A stretch of 64,000 nt of DNA from Raillietiella orientalis (taxonomy: Eukaryota), in NCBI GenBank assembly GCA_036172245.1, contig JAYWIR010000086.1, positions 1-64,000 on the forward strand, written 5' to 3'. A program made the translations under genes and the position numbers. Below the pieces are notes generated by a model. The model had not been told where the DNA came from. It saw nothing but the letters and a program-made list of their open reading frames with translations, and ran no database searches. This document shows, piece by piece, positions 25,045 to 36,450 of the stretch; the stretch's first letter is position 1, and each line of letters opens with the position of its first letter.

Positions 25045-25880
25045 GGACGTTGAGCTTGGCGGAAGGCCATAAGGAGTGAGGCTATACTGTAGGATAGAGC
25101 CACCAGGTAGGTAGAGACTTCTTAGACACGGCGCTGTTACACTCTTTAAATCGAAAAGATCTAACGAATTACTTGGAGCAACAGGTGTCAGATAACCTCA
25201 ACTGGGCCGAAATAAACATGATCATTACAACCCTCACTGTTGGGTACCCAAGACGGGTCGAGGTATCATCGGAAGAGGGCGAAACAGGGCGCAACGGATA
25301 CAGGGGCACGGTAACGGATGTGGTGGTCCATGAAGATAGCTTGAAAAGTTACATGACTTGGACGGCATCGAGGATCCGAAACTGGGAGGGCGCAACCACC
25401 TAGGATGTGTGACAGTGTTCGATCAGGCGGAGATAGGGGAGGCGCAACCCCACTGCTAGATTAGGACGCTGGGCTAGGTTCGCCGAGATGGTCCTTTTCC
25501 TCACAGGATTTGAGTAGACCGTCTTCAATTTCAAAACTGAATCTAGCCTATTTGAGAGTGGGCTAGATGGGTTAGTTCGTGGTGGTAACTCGGTGGGCTT
25601 TTCGAAGTGTTGAAAGCTACCGTAGGTGACGAACTAGTGGGCCCGCACAAGTGTCCCAACCTAGCCGGCTACCGCCATCGCTTATTCACAGGGGAAAATC
25701 GAACACGACGATGTGGCTTTGTCCTTGACCAGTAGGTCAAACCCGTTTAAACTGGTCTTGAACTTGCTCTGGACAGTGCTGTACAGTTAATGATAGTATT
25801 AGAAGGCTCCCTGCACTCATTGCCTGAACCTAACTTGCCCCTATCTCGTCGTTCACGTCTCGTAGGTCCGAAGACTTGCG
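25045..25880 (+). ncRNA. Candidate large structured RNA of unknown class (about 835 nt)
   Basis: At least 10 nested helices of 7-12 bp found by eye, including long-range 25131-25142/25407-25418, 25430-25439/25838-25847, 25472-25480/25658-25666 and a closing helix 25046-25055/25851-25859. Non-Watson-Crick pairs are G-U on the + strand. Confidence 0.6.
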
Positions 25881-28800
25881 GTAGGACGCCTAGAAAGCGA
25901 TTGCAATATTTCTCTAGAAATGTCCGGAAGAACAAATCTGCTGAACAGGTTCTTCGTTCCTCATGCTGTTATGAATACATTTCAGGAGATGTATGGACAA
26001 TGGAAATTACTCGGTCGAAAACTCAAGAAAGGAAACTCATAGTGGAGTCGGTAATGCGAGTTCTTGTCGATTGGTTTGACAGCGGGCTGCTTGCGTTGCG
26101 AATCGGAAAACAAGTTGGCAAAGAATGGCTGCAAACGAATCGCGTCTTTGAAGTGTTGCAAAATTATTGTGCACGCGAAGAAAGGCAAAAAAATTGCTGA
26201 TCGCAACGAATCCGTTGTGGTTTTCTTTCTCTCTCCGTTTCAGATTTACGTAATCTCAGAGGAGCGTTTCAGAGACTTTCGTTTCCTTTTCGTTTGTCCG
26301 GTCGCCGGACGCCCTCTTCCCTTCCACTGAAGAATACGAAGCAGCTGGGATCCTTCGCTCTCGAACGAAACCAGGAATGAAGAAAGATTGCAGTTTCCCA
26401 CACAATGTGCCTTTTGCCTGCGTTGTACCCGTAGAAAGACAGAGAGCGTCCAAATGAAGCTGGCTGAATCTTACTCAAGGGAAGTCGATAGCAAAGCCTC
26501 GAGTTCTGCAACCATGCTGGAACCCGCGAAGGTCAATTCACACAGGAGGCACCACGTTGTACATCTTCGACTGCGATGACGACGGAATCCAACATTTTTT
26601 GTGTCAACACTTTTTTTGCACGGCGCAGTCGAATCAGGAGATGGCATCCAAAACTAGAGCGTTTCATCAAAGATGCTTGTTCCATGCTGGTGAAGAGGGG
26701 AGAGGGAGGGCACTTCAAAATGAGAACCTGAACTTTTACGAGGGAAAACTTAAGGCATATCATGTTGAAGTTTTGCAAACTGCATAAAGCGCACATTCCC
26801 TCAGCTCGAAGTTGTGTTATCGCTCTACCGTGCATTGCAAAATAATACAAAAGATACAACAGTTACACCTTCAATCCCAACCGACTGGGCGTCTTCATAA
26901 CGAACTTCCCCACAAACTTCAATGGCTTTGTTTTTTTAAAGATTCAAAATATTTTTGCATCTTGACTATCAAAGGCTTCAAATTAACGCCATCGAAGACG
27001 CATTCTAGCGATACGATTTCGTTTCCACCTCGAAAACAACACCCAAAACACCCCTACACAAGTTTCACCTTTTTCAAGAAATGAGGAGCGTCATCTAGAA
27101 AAACATGCAGGATTTCGTGTCCTTATGTTTACTAATTGATGCTCATTTCTTTTGGAGGTTTTAATTCTTGCACCTTTGGTGGTGACCACTTCTCTTGCAT
27201 TGGACAATAAGGAAGCCTTGTTTCTTCTCTTGGAGAAATCCTTGATGCACTTTTGGCATTGAACAGAAATGGAAGCTTCCACAGTGGTTCACAAAAACCA
27301 GAGATTTCATCGAATTGATCAGAGGAACACTACCACAAAGTGTTATTCATAGTATTCCATCAAAACACCAATCCAAATAACATGCATGAAAAATAGGTTA
27401 CCTTGAGCACATGATCAACAATCTAAAAAACACAATAGAAATATACAGCTTACAAGCACACGAACCAATAGATCCAAAGCAAACCTAGGCTTTCAACATT
27501 CCATGGTAAGGAAATAAATGGAATCTGAAATCATTCTGTATGTCCCCATAGTGCGAATTCTGTGACACAAAATCTTTGCCCTCTTTTTAAAATAGCATAT
27601 CATTGGAGAATGCAGAAAAGATTTGGAACATGGTGCATATATACTACAGACCGTATTTCAAAAGTCCAGCAAGGAAGAAACACAAGTGCATGAGAATCAC
27701 AGGTAAGGATTTCTGCAAAATGAAACTGAAAGGAAAACCGTTATATGAATCATCAAGCAAGGTTCTTTGTTTGCTGAAATGAAAAGCTTCTGAAAGCTTT
27801 AGCAACCCCATTACATCATTCCCCTAAAAAATGTTACATTACAGCCACAAACGTTTTTCCTTGAATTTCCATAATCTCTCTTTACAAAAAATGACTGATG
27901 CCCAGTTCTGTTTATTAATCCACTTCTTTTACACACGAATGCATTCAGAAGGTACCATAAAAGTAAGCGCATCTCATGCAGATGAAGATTAGCATCGATG
28001 TTTGCACACTATCCTTGAATGCTTTCCAAGCGACAGCTCTTCAGGTGTATTCCATGAATTTTCAAACTGTTCTTACTTTCAACTGTTTGAAGTGAGAAGG
28101 ATAGGAACATTAAAATCTGCAGCACAACATGAAGATAGAGAAATTCAGAATATGAGAACTGAGAACCATGGTTGTTCGACGACCCAATATGTTGGAAAAA
28201 ATACATGGCAATCCATGGCAAAAAAAATGAATGAAAACTGCAGTTGGGCATTCACAAATGCACTCTCTGATGGCTAGGGCGGCAAGTCTCTGAAACCAAA
28301 CGGGAGAACAGAAAAGCAGGTTTGCCAGTCGTGATAAAACATGAAAGGCCCAGGTTTCCAGAAATGATCTCAACACGGGGAAATTTTGATGAGTAAACTT
28401 CCACAGTTCTCCCTACCTAAAGATGGGTTTCTAAAGACGTGCACATCACCTCAGCTAAGAGCAATCCTGATGCTTACCAAAAGATGAAAACTTAACCTCT
28501 TCTGATTCGTGAGGTTTCGCTTCTGTTTTTCCCGCTTCAAAAATACATATTTGAAAGAAAACCTTCAATTTCGATCTCAAAGCAACCACATCAGTTCACT
28601 CTGTCTTTTCTCTGTCTCCTGCAAAAGAAAGGTGGTGCTTGAATTCCTCGTTTCCATTACCTTAGAATAGCAGATCCTGGATGCTTTCATGAGTCCAATA
28701 ACTCAGCACACAACTACCACTCAGCATCCCATCCGGGTACTGCAAGTCTCCACGTTCCCACAACGGACACCTACGACCCGCAAACGATGTCTTCCTTGCT

Positions 28801-31196
28801 GCTGGGCAAAATGACCATCCGTTGCTGCACCCACGGGGTGGTCGAATTTCCACGCGCCCGATACCATGCTGCCGTCTGAGATGGCCACCCAACGCCTCGG
28901 AAGTCCCCGTGCAATATGAGAAAGCCTTTATCCTTTGCACAACACTATTTTTCCCTGTTCGTACGCAGGGAAGCATCCGGCTTTTGGCTTCCACAACGAG
29001 AACAAGGCAGCTGTAAACTCCATTCACCGTAGGCACCCACGAACATATCAGATCCCGGGCGTAGGATTGATATCTTTTAGTACCACTACGGAAGCATGCT
29101 CGTTTTTCAAAAACTCGATCTGAAGCTCTAACTTCCACGGTTAGCAGAGTTCTGGAGGTTTTCGCTTTTGTGGTCATTCCATGCAAATTCGATTCCTTCT
29201 TAAGGCTGCGAGGTCCTCCCTGTGGTGGGGATCTAATTTTTAATGCACCCTCTGTTTAAATCATTATGGGGTGTTGCAAAGCTGTGTTATTCAGACGTGA
29301 CGTTGGTGCATCGAAATCAAGTTGTCTTGCACACCACTCAGCTTTCTTCACTCCAGCTGGACAAACTCCACATATTGGTGACTTTTCAGCTGCCTGTGTT
29401 ACAGCTGCATAAAGCAAGTTCCACATGGGAGAAACAGGTCGCAATGAGCCTCTCTTTAAAACGGAAGAAATCTCGCGAAACGGAATCTAATCTGTGGTCC
29501 CCTTGTCCAAGAGAACCATGATCTTAACAGGAATTGTTATTATTGAAATTATAAGTTTCTCGGTTTGCGAGGATACACATCAGCGACGCTCTGTTAGTCA
29601 ACTGGATGCAAAAGGACTTTTTAACTTTGTCTTGTGGAGATCGTGTACGTCCAACTGCAATGTGAGACCTCAGCACAATCCCGAGGATACATAAGAGTCA
29701 AATTAGTCCAAGTCAAATTAGCAACCTTTCATAATCTGTAGAATACACATATATCAATGTATATTATAACTAATATTCACATGCATATTTATATATAAAC
29801 GTATTCGAATTAATTATACTGGTATATATTAATAATACATAATACACTAGTGTATAGAATGCATTTATCTGCTTTGATAAAACATATATTTATTTCTCAT
29901 ATTCTTTCGGGATTTCGACACTCAGGGGTTATGGAGTTCGGGATTTTGAAGCAAACCCGTGCCGCTGAAATTGGACCACGCTCCCCAGGCACTCGGATTG
30001 CGGGTGTCTCCCAACGCACGTCACGAGAAACGCGTCGGACGTGGCGTGGAGGTGGTCCGCGTGCTTTTCCACTCTCCCATTGAGGTCGAGAGGGGAGCGC
30101 CATTGCCATGAGAAGAGTTGCACGCACGTCGGTCTCAATTTTTACCATTCGACTTGCCGTTCGTTTCATCGTAGGAATGCGTCGGAGAAAGCTTGCCCAC
30201 TGTGTGTCAACGGTTGCTGTTCAAGACAAGAGTCCATGTTATGACCTTTCTGTGCAGCTCTCGTGGGAAAATTGTGTGTGTGTTTTTCCGTAAAATAGAG
30301 TCCAGCATGTCAGTACAGACGGAAGGAAATGCAGTGGACAGCTTTCCGCGCGCGTCCGCGTCGCCAGCTACTTCCGGGATTGCATGGGGATGCTGCCGAT
30401 CCAGGAATCGTTGGCAACGTCGGTCGTAAACGAGACGTTCCTACTCGTTTCCGATTCTTCATAAAAAAGAATCCAAAAACAATTCCTAATTTTCCGTTGA
30501 GCATTTGAAGGTGGACGAAGTTTTGGTTCATTCCAAGGAATGCTGAGACCTCTGCTTTTCTTTATGCAATCTTCATTTTATTTCGTTTGTGTAATCACAC
30601 TCAATAAGAATTACAATTCAACTTATTCCCAACAACGTACAAATATATTACTCCCATCTTATACCGGTACAGCACTCTGAAACCAAGATCAGTACCTTAT
30701 CTGTTTTTCTGTTTCTGTTTCATCCCCCCTCCCAAAGACGTTCACTCATGCACAGCATCCGAACTGAAGTGATTTGTGGGCGCGTAGACGGAAGCGGAAC
30801 GTGACCACCGCCTGCAGCCAGAGGTACTGCCAGGTGCTGGAGGTCATGTCGAGGTCGCACTCGGCTGGAGTTCTCAGGGAGAGGAGGGAAAGCCCAATTT
30901 CCGTTGAAATTCGTCTTTTCACGGAGGTTCTGGATGGCACAAAGAAGCTCATGGTGCTTTTGCAACGTGCTGTTAAATGCCATGCCTTTGGTCAGCTGTG
31001 ATCGTCCATCTTCGGCAAAGGGTTTCACTAACTTGCGCGTTTTTGAGAACCGGCTTTGAATTTGAAATCTGGATGAGTAAAAAATGCTGGGATTCTTCTG
31101 ATGAAAGCCTTTCAGGTCAACTTAAGCAGAGTGTTTTGCTACCACAGTAGAGGGCTGACTCGGATCTGCGGAAGAGTTTTGGGAACACCAGTAGTC

Positions 31197-33523
31197 ATGA
31201 CCAAGGACCTCACGCATCTGCAGCTAAGTGACGGGCATGTCATCCCCAGTCTCGGCCTCGGAACCTCCAAGGTAATTTGGCTTATGAATTGCTGTACCAT
31301 GAAGTGTAACTTGCACCAATGTCGGGTTGGGCGTGTGCTGAACCAGATGCATTCTGCTGCTGTTTGCATGTCACCGACTCGAAGCACCATTGCATGTGAA
31401 AGTGTGATTCTTGCTGTTGGATTTGCGCGTCTTCTGTTTGTTGGTATTGCTTGGATTGCCTTCGTGCCAGTGAGAGCCCCAGGAAACCGAGCCCTCGGTT
31501 GTAAAAATTTTTCAGAACTCCACTTATCCCACTTCCACTGCAAGCAAGTCACAGAGGCATGAAACAGAGTGATAGTTTATGTATTTACAGATGTGCAAAC
31601 AAAAAACTTCATAGTGCAGGTCAAAATCACTTTAGTTTTGAAAGGAAATCCTAGGCTTGCATGCATTAAAGTGAGTCCAAACCAATACAGGGATTGGTCT
31701 GCAAAAATGAAATACACCTGGAAATTTCAAAAAAAAAAAATGCTTAAGTTCTGAAAGGAGCACTTCACTGCATAAACACCAGCAAGAAAAAACAGAGTGA
31801 ACAAATCAGCAAACACAAGATCGAAAGGATGCTGTGTTCAAACAGGACAAAGTCAAAAACTTGTAAGACCATGATAAGGAAAGACAGTTGTTACAAGATA
31901 GTGAATGGAGTGCTAACTTTGCAGTGATCTCCAAATCAGGAAAGCAAGATGGAAAGCACATGGAATCCAACTGAGGGCATACTTCATATCCCATTGATCT
32001 GTGAAGGTGCTGACAATACTCTTCAGTAAATGAGCTTATTTCTTGGGATACATTTTGCCATCTTTAGACCAATGACCTTGTCACTTAATTTGAAGATGTA
32101 GCCAATAAATGTTCGAGTTTCAACAAGCTTGGAAAGAGTTTGCTAGTAGGAATAATATTATTCAGTGCAAGGAAAGATTTCCATTGTAGAAATCACATGA
32201 TTTCTTTCTTGATGGACACACAAAAATGCGATAGTTTTCAGATCAACAGGAAACTGTTGTTTTCTGTTGGAATGGAAACAGTCAGCATGTATTTTTATCC
32301 CGAAGGAAATTGTTCTTTATAACTACCGATCATCACTTCTTGTTTTTCACTGCTTTGACCCAAGTCACCTGTTCCATTCAGACCAATCTGATGCATGTCA
32401 GATTCATTCCATGCATGCAGCAAGTGTACTTGATGTGGTATTGCAAGCCCTGAATAAGGTTTCCATTTCAGACTGTCAACGTGAAAGATGCTGTCAAGCA
32501 TGCCATCTCTGTTGGCTATAGGCATATTGACTGTGCCTATTTCTATGAAAATGAAGCTGAAATTGGAGATGCTATACAGGAAAAAATAAAGGATGGCACC
32601 ATAGAGAGAAAGGATGTTTTCATCACCAGCAAATTGTGGACTACATTCCATCGTCCAGAGTTGGTACTCCCAGCACTGGAAAAGTCTCTACATAATCTGA
32701 AAGTAGATTATCTTGATCTATATCTTATTCACTGGCCTATAGGCTTCAAGGTATGCTAACAAACCAATGTTGCTTTGAAGGTTGATTAGGAAGGAACTGC
32801 CCTCATTCCTAAAGACAGTTCTGGTCAAGTGCTTTGTAGTGATGTCGATTACGTAGACACATGGAAGGCCTTGGAAAAGTGTGCTCAGAAAGGATTGGTA
32901 CGCTCACTGGGTGTGTCAAATTTCAACAAGCGGCAAGTAGAGCGCATCCTCAGCATTTGCACTGTGAAGCCTGTCATGAATCAGGTGAGAACTAGATACA
33001 ATCCAAAGTGAGGAGGACCCATGTGTCGTAGGTGGAGTGTCACCCATACTTGGCACAGTTCAAGCTGCAGGAGTACTGCCAGTCCAAGAATATTCTGTTG
33101 ACAGCTTACTCCCCACTGGGAAATCCAGGAAAACCAGATCATGTGGAGGATCAAGACCATGTCCTTCGGAATGAAATGGTTGCTTCGATTGCCCAGAAAC
33201 ACAAGAAAACACCAGCGCAGATTCTTCTTCGGTTTCTGGCAAGTCCACACTGCAATGAAAAACTTCACTGCTTTGTTGTCACAGGTGGAAAGAGGTATCG
33301 CTGCCATCCCCAAGTCTTCCACAAAACACCGAATAGAGGAGAACTTTGCAATCTTTGATTTTGAGCTCGATGCAGAGGATAAGGCAGTGCTGAACGGCCT
33401 GGATCGGAACAAGCGACACCTTGATTTGGCCATGTAAGGACAACAGTGCTGTGTCTTACGATTATTTACTGAATTTGCAGTCTTGCTGGACACCCGCACT
33501 ATCCGTTTCATGATGAATACTGA
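31197..33523 (+). CDS. Aldo-keto reductase (AKR1-like), copy B, 6 exons
   Basis: Exons 31197-31271 ([25 protein letters not shown]), 32472-32750 ([26 protein letters not shown]), 32790-32984, 33032-33238, 33285-33433, 33481-33523 ([10 protein letters not shown]). Intron positions match copy A; intron 4 is GC-AG. Confidence 0.95.
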
Positions 33524-35849
33524 AGATGGATGTGTCGGTTCTTGGGAGTGCCCTCATCCCTGTGGGAGTTTCGCACAAGGGGATAAAGGGACTCTGGAAA
33601 GGGACATGAGGTGTTCGGAGTTTGCTCACTGGCGTTCACCTCCCGTTGCTGATGGACTGACCTCTGCGTGCTCTGAATTATAAGTTTGGAACGTCGGTGA
33701 AGGCGTTGTGTCGCCTTGGTTTGCTGGTGAATCAATTTTGGATCTGCCTGGGAGAGCCCTCCATGGAGTCGGGCATGCTGTCCCCTTTCAGACGTACGCC
33801 CCAGTGTCCCCAGTTGGAGTCGTTTCGCGCATGCTCGGGAGTGCTCTCCTGCGGGAAGGAAAGCTTTCGAATCGCAGGGGGAACACGGGGCTGCAGACGA
33901 ACTCTTGAGACGTCAACATCTCGGTGCCTGTGGGATGATCAGCTTGCAGGAGGAATTTGCCACCAACGCCGGCATGGTACGAGACTGGCGTTGGTGGCAA
34001 ATTTCTCCACTTTCAACCCATCAACACCTGCTCTTGCGCTTGCTCAGTGTGCCCGAGGATGAGCCATCATTGCCAACGAGTTCGCTTGATGGAAAATGCC
34101 GTAGGGTGCAAAAATGATTCGCCTTGGATTAAGCAGAGGAACTCTCCTCGCAAAAGGCAATCAGTGATTTCCCGTTTCTGTTTCTGGATTCAGCAGTCGA
34201 AGATGAGGGGATTGCGGGGATCCATCGTGTGCACGGGAAAAAGACAGGAAACGACGGTGTAGGCTTTGTCGAGGGGTTGATCCCATAACTTCTCGTAGGG
34301 GTTTGAGACGAGTATATTGCCGGATCGAAGTATCCCTCAATAACGTTTGGATGAGTGCATTTACAAACATGCATTCAGTGTCAGAATTGTTCATTACCTA
34401 GGTAGCAAACTACCATTTTGGATGCAAGCACGGAAGATTAATGTGGAAGGAAACCAGGAACGTTCGTCCAAATGCCATGTGCCCAATTTTTCTGTTTGTT
34501 TGTTTTACTGTAAGAAAGGCAATTTTGTTTCTGCCTTCCTTACTCTTCCGTTAGAGGATCGAAGGACGAAACCTTCTCACTAAGCTCGTTCTTTGTGTAT
34601 CTTCCGAAGAGCGGATCCGAATGTATCTCCAGCATGGCGACGACTCGGATGATCAACGATTTTCTTGCACCATCGATTTGATCTCGGCCTCACTGCTCGA
34701 ACTCGGCACCGCAGAAACTCTCCGTACAACAGTTCTATCCTTTGCGAAACGTTGCTCATTGCACGAACTCGCGCGGGATGCATGGTGGCTGTTCCTTCGT
34801 CAAACAGTGCCATGCGGGAGCAACGAGCAAGTGTTTTCTTCCACGGTGTTCACCGACGTCTTCACATCGGAAGATACGTGCATTGGCGCCCGTGTTGCCT
34901 CTGAGGGAATCGGTCTGCGGCCAGATCCGTACTTCCGGGAGACCCACACTTCCTTGAGACACCGCGGATCTGCTTTTCCCGTTATTCGCACCGATACCGC
35001 GGTTTGGTGTAACAGTTGGATCTAACAGCCACCATCTCTGTTCCCTCTTCTTCCCTTGACTATCGGCAACGTTTCAAAAGCCTTCCTTCCATCGACCTTC
35101 ATCTATTCGTAGGTGCTGTCTGATCGTCAGCGTTGTGTACAACCGTGGTGTTCATGGATCGAAGTGTACCTCCCTACGACATGGTTGTAAGCGCAAATCT
35201 CCAGGCGTCACAAAAGTACATGTGGTGCCAGAGAAACGAAATGTCTGCTCTGCTCAGTTTATGATGTTAGTCTCCTTCTGGTCAGTTCGAAAGCACTGCT
35301 TCTGGACGAACTGAGATTTCCCCACCTTGTCCGGGAGTGGGATCTTAGCAGAAGTTAACTTCTCAGTTCTTTGTGGTAAAGCTTTCACGCTGCCACAGAT
35401 CCACGGCAGATAAAGCATGCAGCCTTAAGAAGACGCATTCGCGAGTCCAGGCGGAATTAGCCGCAGGTCATCAGGGCACGCTTTCCTTTCTTCCCTTATA
35501 CAGGCATGGGAAGGAACTTTTCGCGCACAATTCATGTCGAGATCTTCCATATCCACACTAAGAAGAAGAAAAAATTCCCCCGAACGGAAAGTGCTCACCA
35601 GGCAAAGTGCACACTTCCCGCACGTGACTTCCTACACTTGACCACTTCGCAGTGACGCATCCCGCCCTAACCAGGCTCCCTATTCAACGGCAGCTCCTTC
35701 GTATGGCCGGAAGTTATTCGCTGTGCAGCTTCCCCGGCGCATCCGGGTGACAATCCATTGCTGATTTTCTTTCCTTGTGAGCCGCAACGTGTCCCTTTGC
35801 GGGCTCTAACTCCGGCTCCTAGCTGACCAGGGAAAGCTTGACCGAGACT

Positions 35850-36450
35850 CTGACCAGGGAGAGCACCTGGATCTCCCGCCTCTCCGCGCATAGTAGCGCC
35901 TGGTTGCGGGAAACGGCTCGCACGTGGGCGAAGACCAACGGGCCGAGCCCGGGGTCTCGGTGGCGGTTGCTGTGCCTTTCACAACAGCTGCTGTCTTCAG
36001 GTGATCATCGTACATCCCACCAAAGTGACGGCAAGAACTTCCCTTGGCCGCGGCGCTGCTCTCTTTGAGGGAACACACTGGCAGCAACCCACTGGCGAAA
36101 CAGGAATTGTTTTATGAAATCGCCTCCAGGTGCAGGACGCTAGATGGTTGGACCATGGGTCAGTCGACAGACGCTGAGACCCCATGTCTCGACCCAGTGT
36201 TGCACGGAAGCCCCTCTTCGTGCGCACCGCATGACCCCCAGCCGCATCCCAGCAACTCTTTGCCGCCTATGCGGAGTGGCGGCGTCTTGGAGCGACTCCA
36301 GAAGAGGAGGAAGCGGCAGGAACGCCATCCGCTTCGCCTTACGCTTGGTTGCGGAGGGCAGCGAGATTGTCCCACACCGGAAAGAAGATGCAAAAGGAAC
36401 TTTCCAGCATCCTCGGGAGAATGCAGAGCACGGCCTTTTAGCGGGCTGTG
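35850..36450 (+). mobile_element. Old, internally deleted fragment of the same L1/Tx1-like family
   Basis: HSSAWLRETARTWAKTN and LDGWTMGQSTDAETP match NSSAWLEETAGTWAKIN and GWSMGELADATTP in the other copies. Confidence 0.7.

Noticed and set aside
25827..25834. AACCTAAC as a telomerase RNA template for TTAGG repeats
   Set aside because: Only 8 nt, apparently paired with TTAGG at 25461-25465 in my fold, and I see no clear template-adjacent pseudoknot or H/ACA end. Not excluded, but unsupported.
25638..25850. Short rRNA-like words (GGGCCCGCACAAG, CGATGTGGCT, CCCTATCT)
   Set aside because: The matches are short and mix SSU and LSU motifs, and the surrounding helices do not follow rRNA structure.
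25861..25893. Helitron 3' end (hairpin followed by CTAG)
   Set aside because: The next base is A rather than T, the hairpin relies on G-T pairs, and no matching 5' TC terminus is evident.
28660..29190. Zinc-finger-like remnants of an RLE-type retroelement (similar hints at 33.9-35.1 kb, 53.4-54.9 kb and 62-64 kb)
   Set aside because: Only faint motif resemblances (for example GGHLRRQHG, FATNAGMVR, LLDPTV); too degraded to call without a search.
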